This document shows, one piece after another, positions 55,097 to 64,000 of a DNA stretch of 64,000 nt. Source of the DNA: the human T2T-CHM13v2.0 reference genome, Homo sapiens. How positions within the stretch are numbered: position 1 is the first letter of the stretch; every line of letters starts with the position of its first letter. The notes beneath the pieces are model-generated. The model was given only the letters and a program-made list of their open reading frames with translations, had not been told where the DNA came from and ran no database searches. The position numbers were made by a program, and so were the translations under genes. The stretch lies in assembly GCF_009914755.1 (NCBI RefSeq), contig NC_060947.1; one strand, written 5' to 3'.

Positions 55097-56203
55097 TAAT
55101 GGATGGAATGGACCATTATGTTGTTGCAGTGGAGAAAAAATCAGAGATTGGATATAAACTACCCTGATGGTCCCACACCCCTCCCATGAGAAAAGCTCTA
55201 TGGTATCTATTGTGTTTCATTTTAAAAGTTGTATATAGTTCATTGTAAACAATCCAAACAGTACAGACAATACGAAGAAGAAAGTGTAAATCGCCTAAAA
55301 TGCAGATATTTAAGAAGATCACAGTCTCTGCCTTTGTAAAATGGGGATAATAATAACATTTACATCATATTGTTACTGTGGGAATGAAATAGGTGGTGCT
55401 GAGCACATAGAAAATGCTTAATAAGTATTAGCTATAACCTTCCTCATCACGATCATCGTTACTATCAACAACTAATGGAAGACAAATAAATAAAATTTAG
55501 AATCAGAGATGTTTTAGCAGCAGAAAAAGTGAAGTGGTGCCTATTCCTTTGAGATTTATAGGACGGGAGAAAGAATAACTGTAGAAATAAAAATGGTATG
55601 TTAAGAGTAGATCAGGGAGAACATTTTAGGGGGATTGCACTTGAAGAAAATAGATCATTTTCTGAGAGCAAGAATGGAGGGGTAGCAGGGGGAATTGGGG
55701 TTTGGATGAGAGGAGGTCTGATCACCAAGGTCCCATTCAGCAATAAATTCTATGAATCTGCGCTTTGTTGCTGTGGGGAATGAAACAAAGCCCATTTTCC
55801 CTTTTCCCAGCATTTTCAACCATCTAGAACACTAAAGATGAATTAAAAGAGTCTTAAGTGAAAATTTGAACTTCTAAAAGAAAGGAAATGGTGTGTGGGG
55901 CCAACAGTGCAGATAAACAAGTGGATGCCTGAGCTGTGACTTAATTTAAAATACTACCATAATGTTTTTTGTTTTTTGTTTTTTTTTTTTTTGCTGCAGC
56001 AATTAGAAAAAAAAATGAAGCAGGTTGTTTCAGATAAACAGAAGCTGACTGATAATGGGGCTCCTGAAGAAACAGAAGCTACTGATAAAAACTGAAATTC
56101 AGGAAGCACTTTAAGGATAAAGAGTTGGCAGTGCAGTCAGACTGGTGGGCTGTTACGGGGCCTCTAAGAAGAGCATATTGTTAGGTAAAAGAATTGTGCA
56201 CTG

Positions 56204-56500
<297 letters not shown>

Positions 56501-56844
56501 ATTGCACATTGATATTGTGTCCAAGGGTTCATAAGTGAGAAAGAGGGTATATTATTTTTGGTATTTCTATTTGCCTTGCTGAAGAAAAAACAAACAAACA
56601 AATAAACAAACCAAACTAAAATTAAAAAAAGAAAACTAGTGGCTGGCAGAAACAAATCTTGAGACATAAATGAATTAGACATTGATTCTCATGTTTGAAG
56701 AAGAGGCTAGATAAACAGGGAGCTATGAAAGAGCTTTTATTAATTCTAGCTTTGTGATCAGGAAATCAATATGTCCTGTATGGGTATTTTACAGACACTG
56801 TACACAAACATACACATATATGAATGTTTGTTTATATATATAGA

Positions 56845-57392
56845 CAGAGACAGATTCTTGCTCTGTCATTGGTATGGTTTGACTCCATGTCCCCATCCAA
56901 ATCTTATCTCCAGTTGTAATCCCAATGTGTCAAGGGAGGGACCTGTAATCCCCATGTGTCAAGAGAAGGAAGTGATTGGATTATGGGGGCAGTTTCCCAT
57001 GCTGCTCTCCCTATAATGAGTGAATTCTCACGCGATCTGATGGTTTTATAAATAGCAGTTTTTCCTGTGTTCTCACTTCTCTCTCCTGCCGTCATGTGAA
57101 GGAGGTCCTTGCTTCCCCTTTACCTTCTGCCATGATTTGAGTTTCCTGAGGCCTTCCCAGCCACGTGGAACTGTGAGTCAATTAAACCTCTTTCCTTTAG
57201 AAGTTACCCAGTGTCAGACATTTCTTTATAGCAGTGTGAAAATGGACTAATATAGTCATCCAGGCTGTAGTGCAGTAATGCAATGAAGACTCACTGCAGC
57301 CTCGATCTCCTAGGTTCAAGTGACCTTCCATCCTCAAACTCCTGAGTAGCTGGTATTATAGGGCTGCACCACCATGCCTGCTATTATTTTCC

Positions 57393-57448
<56 letters not shown>

Positions 57449-57560
57449 GACAGCATGTCCCTGTGTTGCCCTGTCTGGTCTCAAACTCCTGGGCTCAAGC
57501 AATCCTCCTGCCTTACTTCACAAAGTGTTGGGATTACAGGGGTGAGTCACTGCATGCGGT
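56845..57560 (-). mobile_element. AluJ split by a THE1 LTR; 51-nt poly(T) linker
   Basis: 'gacagattcttgctctgtcat' [LTR] 'gtcatccaggctgtagtgcag...'. Confidence 0.9.
56870..57254 (+). mobile_element. THE1D/MSTA-like MaLR solo LTR
   Basis: 'tggtatggtttg...gtccccatccaaatc' to 'gaactgtgagtcaattaaacctct...ggactaatata'; 5-bp TSD 'gtcat' at 56865-56869 and 57255-57259. Confidence 0.92.
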
Positions 57561-57619
57561 CTAAGTGTTGTATTTTTATAGTGGATGATAAAGCACCTTT
57601 CTCCACTCTCTGATCCAGG

Positions 57620-57910
57620 CCCTTTGGTCTCTTTTCAGTTCCTGGTCTGTATCATGCTAGTCTATGCCTCAGATCTTTCACACATGGTGGTCCTTCTGCT
57701 TGGACTGCTCTGTCCACCACCCACACACCTTTCCTTTGCTTACCTAAGCTCCTAATTATCTTTTAGGTCTTAGCTTAAATGACACTACCTCAGGGAAGTC
57801 TTCTCTCATATATATATGCTCTTGTATCATTCTGAACTTGTCTTCTATATACTTGGTATATAAGCTTAATTGAATATTTTCAAGTTATTAGTTTGATGTC
57901 TGTGTTTTTT
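57620..57910 (+). mobile_element. L2 fragment
   Basis: 'ttctgcttggactgctct', 'tcttagcttaaatgacactacctcagggaagtcttctct'. Confidence 0.6.
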
Positions 57911-58599
57911 GTTAGGCTGGCTTGGAGGGATGCTTATCATTCACTTACTCTCCTAATGGGTTCTAAACAATAAAATATGCACACAAAGAATAAAGAGCAG
58001 TGGCCAATAATCCCAAAGTACAGGGAAAATGGTTTGAGGACACAGATTAGGTCTGAGGCCAAAATAGGCCTTTGTACTCTTTCATTGTCTAGATTCAAGA
58101 TAGCTAGACCTTGATGCTGATCTGGCCAATTTAGCAACCTGGGTGAGGAGCAGGAAAAGAGAGAATACAGTCTGCTGACACAGTGGTGTACAAAAATGGA
58201 GATGGTACTGCCTTTCTTACTCATGGGTAAGGCAGACAGTGGAAGAGACAAAACAGAGGCTCTTTCCTGCTTTTGGAGGGAAAGGGGATCTCAGCTGCTA
58301 GAATAACATGGCTCAGTGAATGGTTGAATTTGACCAATGAGATTAGCCATTCCTCCTTCTGTAGAGAGAACAGAGTGTGCTAGTAAAGAGAGAGGGTAGT
58401 AAAAGTGGGAGATAGAGATAAGATGAGGGAGGGAAGAAATAGCTCTGAAACTCCATCAGACTATTAGGCCAGGGACTTTCTCTGTCTTATTTACCCAATG
58501 CATCATCTGTGCATACATCAAAGAGCAGTTGCAAAGTTTAAAAGAATTAATACCCTTGCCTAGCACAGTACCTGGCAAATTGTAAACATTCAATATATA

Positions 58600-58601
<2 letters not shown>

Positions 58602-58647
<46 letters not shown>

Positions 58648-58929
58648 ACAGACTTTCGCCATGTCGCCCAGGCTGGAGTGCAGTGATGCGATCTTGGCTC
58701 ACTGCAACCTCTGGCTACTGGGTTCAAGTGATTCTTGTGCCTCAGCCTCCCAAGTAGCTAGGACTACGGGCATATGCCACCACACCTGGTTGATTTTTTT
58801 TGGTATTTTTGTAGAGACGAGAGTTCCCCATGTTGCACAGGCTGGTCTCGAACTCCTGACCTCAAGTGATCCTCCCGCCTTGGCCTCCCAAAATGTTGGT
58901 ATTACAGGCATGAGCCACTGCGCCTGGCC
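58602..58929 (-). mobile_element. AluS with a (TG)n tail (58602-58644)
   Basis: Dimeric Alu; flanks 'aatatatattt' on both sides. Confidence 0.93.
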
Positions 58930-59469
58930 TTAATATATATTTTTTGAATCATGAATCAGTTTTTACTGGAATTACTGAATCATGGCTAAATGGCCCATCA
59001 AACTTTTGAAAAGACGCTGTTATTTAACAGAAAATGTGAGGCAGGAAATTTGGCTCTAACCCTGCTTGTGCTACTTGATGTTTGACCTTGATGAAGACAC
59101 TCGGCATCCCTGGGCCTTGGTTTTTTCATATGAAATATAAGCCAGTGGAATAAGCTTGATCGTAACTGGTTCTGTCTAGCTCTCTAGTCTGATCCTAAAA
59201 TGTGAGGTTCCAATGCTCTTAGGCTTTAACTAAGCAGAAAAACAAAACAAAACACAACAAAAAAAACCCTAGTGCAGGAAAGTAGAATCTTTTCCTTAAG
59301 AATTACATGAGAGAAAGCTTTCTAAAGTCCATTAGAAGTGGCAGGTTTTGAAAAGCAAAGTCTAATTAGAAATGTAAGAAGCTAGAGGTGATTCTAAAAA
59401 GAACCCAAAATAAATACAAAAACAATCTTAAACAAGGACAATTAGAGCTTTTAAAAGTAATTAGCAGAA

Positions 59470-59598
59470 TAATTTAAATCTCAAGTATTTGCCTATGGAC
59501 AATTTACTAACTAAGGATAAATATTTGTCAATTTTAATTTAAATCTCAAGTATTTGCCTATGGAAAATTTACTAACTAAGGATAAATATTTGTCAATT
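59470..59598. repeat. Tandem duplication, period 65 bp
   Basis: 59470-59533 vs 59535-59598, 1 mismatch. Confidence 0.97.
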
Positions 59599-59994
59599 AG
59601 TTTCCTCCTTTGGTCAAAACTGCAGAGGTTAAAAGCAGTAAGCAGTAGAAGTTACTAGAGAGCTACAGCTAACGTTCTGTTTTCTTAAAATGCAACATGA
59701 GTTTACAGTTAATGTACATGACTTATTACCAATTCACTATAGTCTTTCATTAATATGTGACACTTTTTTCTTTTATCTGAATACTTAACACACAATTACA
59801 GAGTATGCATACTTAGATCTTTCTTTAACTTCTCTCTAGTTGCCAACTATGACTTTCCAGTTTACTATTTTCATGGAGTAAATATTCAAGCAGGACCTTC
59901 CTGAAGTTCTGAATTTATGATTATTCACAGAAAATATTTTGCTCTTTTATTTTTACCATTAAACATTGTACGGTTGTGGCCCCAAACTAACACA

Positions 59995-62130
59995 CTTAAT
60001 AAAATATTCTAAATGTACTACTATGTTCCAGGCATAGTGATAGACATAGCAAGTGCAGAATAAAAATAAGAAAATTCTTGGCTTTAAAGGAGCTTATAGT
60101 CTAATGGAGGAGAAAGTCATGCAAAAGAAAACAAATTATAATTGTAACTGGGAGTGGTGGCTCACACCTGTAATCCCAGCACTTTGGGAAGCCTGAGACA
60201 GACAGATCACTTGAGCCCAGGAGTTTGAGACCAGCCTGGGCAACATGGTGAAACCCCATCTCTACCAAAAACACAGAAAATTAGCCGGGCTTGGTGGTGC
60301 ATGCCAGTAGTCCCAGCTACTCGGGAGGCTGAGTTGAGAGGATCACTTGAGCCCAGCAGCAGGAGGTTGCTGTTGAGCCGAGATTGCACCACTGCACCCC
60401 AGCCTGGGCTACAGAGTGAGACCCTGTCTCAAAATAAAAAAAAGATAATTGCTCTGGAAATAAAAACACTGGGTCTTGAAGTTGACAGATGTACAAGGTG
60501 CTATGGGAGTATATAGGCAAGAGTGAATAATTATTTCCTAAGAAGTTAACTAAGCCTCATGGAGAAAAATGCCATTTGAATGGGTAGGAAAACATGCACA
60601 GAGAGTGAGTACATTACGAACAGAGAGAACAACACACATAGAGCAAAGGAGTTAGTAAAAAGCATACTTTGTTGGGAAACATGAGAAACATAGTTTTTTT
60701 GGTAGGAAATATTTAAAAACTATAAAGAGCTTTTGTAATTCAATGAGAAAAGATGAAAACCTCAATTGAAAAATTGACAAATATTATTATAAAATATTTA
60801 TTAGACACCTGCTAGGTTTACACTATAGTAACAATGAAAGCAACAATAACATATTTCCTGCCTTTGTGGAGCTTGCAGTCTAGTGGGAGATGCAGATAAG
60901 TAAATAGAGTAATTCCCATTTTTGTGTGTGTGTGTGCGATGCAGCTACCATCAGAACACATAGGAGAAGCACCTACTCCATACTTGGGAAGCCAGGAAAG
61001 GCTTCCTGAAGGAAGTAGCCTCTAAATTTTAAAGGTAAAAAATAGGTAGATGGTAGCCAGACACAGATAGAAGGGAATTGGAGGATGAAAAGGCAGATGA
61101 GTAGTAGTCCTCATAGTGAACAATGCACATGAAGGCCTAGAATTGAGATACAGCATCGTATATTTGGGGGAAATTAAGACATTTCAGTGTAACTAAAGCG
61201 TAGGGTGCAAAGGGAGGAGTCAGATCATGTAAGCATTGCAAACTATGTTGAGAATTTTGGATTTTCTTAAGGAAGCCATTGAAATGCTCTAAGCAGGGAC
61301 TATCATGATTAGATTTGGGCCTTAGCCAATATGATAGACTGCTATGAGAATGATTGGAGTGGGCCCAATCTGAGGCCAGCAGACCATTTAAGATTTTTCC
61401 ATGACCCAGAAAAAAAAGATAAAGATAATAGTGGCTTGCAAAAGGGGGACGTCAGTGGGAATGGAGAACAGAGGATGCATTTGAAATACATTTAGAAGCA
61501 AGAATTAGCAGAACTTCGTGATTGATAGGATGTAGCTGGGGTGGTGGCAAAAAGAAGTAGGAATAGCTTTGGAAAGTAAGATGATGAATCATGTTCTGGA
61601 AATGTTGACTTATGGGTGCCTAAAAGACTGAAAATGGAAATTTACAGAAGGCATTTGGTTATATTGGCCGGGAACTCAGGAGAAAGGAATAGTAATAGTG
61701 AATAGCACATAAATAAAGAGTAAATAAATAAAATAAACACTATATAAATAAATAGTAGTCTATGACATGAGGGTATCCAGAGACAGTAAGTACTGTAAGA
61801 AAAGAGAGAATGCTTAGGACAGAACCCTGAGATAGAACTCTGCCTTTTAAGGAATGTACAGAGAAAGAAAAGTCCTTAAAGATGTGAAGGAATGGTCAAA
61901 GAGGTAGGTAAGAGAAAAGCCAGAGGGGCAGTGTGCCATGGAAGCTATATGTAGATAGTGTTCAAGGAGGAGGAAGTGTTTAACTGTATCAAAGTTGCTG
62001 AGAGGTTGAGTAAGATAGCACTGAAGAATGTCCATTGGATTTAGTAACAAGGAGGTTGTGGAGAGCAGTTTGAGTGGAATGTTGGGGGAGGCACCTTGGG
62101 TGTCTGCCAGTGGGTGAGAAGTGAAGTGAT
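59995..62130 (-). mobile_element. Cluster of L2 fragments (contains an Alu)
   Basis: 'actatgttccaggcatag', 'ggagcttgcagtctagtggg', 'ggaagccattgaaatgctctaagcaggg', 'gtccattggatttagtaacaaggagg'. Confidence 0.65.
60147..60445 (+). mobile_element. AluJ
   Basis: 'gatcacttgagcccaggagtttgagacc' J diagnostics, poly(A). Confidence 0.9.
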
Positions 62131-62541
62131 AACAGAAATCAGACCAGAGGACATACACTCACAATTCACAAAACAAAAAATACAAAGGGTGAGAAAAATA
62201 ATATATATGAAAAAATAGAATGAGATAGCTATTTTTTTTAACCAGTCAAGTTGGCAAATACAGACAATTAATATATTGTCATCCACACATTGTTAGTGGA
62301 AGTATCATTTGATACAACTTTGGAAAGAAATTTGACATTAATAAAAAAAGTTGTTAAAATATTTATGCCCTTTAATATCACAATTGTGTTGTTTTCTTGG
62401 CAGAGAGGAAAATACATTCCCCCCTATTTCTTTTTGTTTTTGTGTTCTCTCTTATCACCCCATAGTAACTATTTGGAGGTGAGAACACCATGAAGACTTC
62501 CAAAGGTAGGAGGGGATTTTTCTTATTTTGAATTGTTGTTG

Positions 62542-62671
62542 TTATTTATTTATTTATTTATTATGGCAGGAATGCCCTTTATTGGTTACAACGAGAAGTG
62601 GAAGAGTAGGGGATAGGACAGCTCGCGATCCTGGGGCAGAGTCCTCAGACTTGGTTGCTCGCCACCCTGTC
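62542..62671 (-). pseudogene. Short 5'-truncated retrocopy of an unidentified polyadenylated RNA 3' end
   Basis: Minus strand: about 110 nt GC-rich body, AATAAA (62583-62578), 15 nt, then an (AAAT)n tail; 'tgttattt' on both flanks; TTTT/AA endonuclease site at 62682-62687. Confidence 0.65.
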
Positions 62672-63591
62672 TGTTATTTTATTTTAAACAGTGGAGCAAA
62701 TGGTTTTCTTTGGGAGTGCTGGGATGTCAAGCCAGGTTGACAGAAGTCCCATCTGCTGGAGGACATGCTACCACAGGCTTAGAAAAAACTGAAGAAAATT
62801 TGGAGACTAATAGGCTGAAGAACCTTCAAATACAGAAGGGGAGATGAAGCCTGCTTTTTTTCTCCCACTGAAAACAAAAAACAAAATAAAACCCTTTGGG
62901 AGGTAGAGAAATTCACCTTGTCATGGTGGGAAATTAAAAGATAAGGCTACTGATTTAAAATATAGAGGAAGGATAAAAGTGATGGAGAGAGCCAGGCCAC
63001 ACAAATAATTTTCTTCCTTGATTTCTAAGGGACTTCAAATATATTTCCTAGCAGCAGGAGCAATAAAAGAAAAAGGAAAGGGAAATATCCTTGAAGATTA
63101 TTTTTTCGTCCCAATTATCCAGATCTCGTATGAGCAAAGTCAGAAAGTGGTATTGGTAAAGTTAGCCTCACAAAATCAAAATAAAGCAAAATATAAGCTT
63201 CATCAAAACCAGGACTTATGTCTGTTTTTTTCATTGCTGTACTGTCACCACGTAGAAGAGTGCCTGGCACATAATAGATGCTCAATAAATAATATTTGAA
63301 ATTAAAATGAAAATCAAATGGAAAATTTGAGCCCAATACTGCTTGAAATGTGATCTTGGCCCTTAATTACTTTCTATGATTGGTATGGTCTGGGGACCGA
63401 GGGTTACATTTGCCAAAACTGACAGCCTCCATAGCAAGAGGAGTGAAGTGTGGGTTGTTGACAGAACCTGAATTTTTAATTATGATGATTATTGTTACTT
63501 TAAATCTTCTTAACAACAAAAGCAAAACCTGGAGCCATTTGATAGCAGTTGTTTCTTTGTTCTTTTTTTCTTTTGGAATGCAATGCCATAA

Positions 63592-63923
<332 letters not shown>

Positions 63924-64000
63924 ATAGATACTATTTTTAAACTGATGTCGTTATCTCATTCTGTGTAAAGAGAAGAGAAGGGAGAACACTATCCAGTCAC

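Overview
Primate (human-like) AT-rich non-coding DNA dominated by interspersed repeats. It holds about 25 Alus (J/S/Y), two 5'-truncated young L1PA copies on the minus strand, L1PB/L1MA/L1M relics, MaLR solo LTRs (MST/THE1/MLT1), hAT MITEs (MER5A, MER20, MER58, MER103), L2/MIR fragments and microsatellites. I recognise no host protein-coding exon, RNA gene or CpG island; almost all listed ORFs come from Alu, L1 or microsatellite sequence. I did not find a new biological system. The notable signals are retrotransposition and rearrangement fossils: a rare SVA2 copy (17432-17607), an L1 3' transduction inside a TSD (14135-17312), patchwork sequence sharing between two neighbouring L1s and between two neighbouring Alus (candidate non-allelic gene conversion), a local duplication with filled and empty Alu sites (1-975 vs 12785-13462), a short orphan mRNA retrocopy (62542-62671), a 34-bp inverted repeat, and a candidate micro-exon. 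Subfamily names come from recall of consensus sequences by eye, not from a RepeatMasker run, and boundaries of old elements are approximate.
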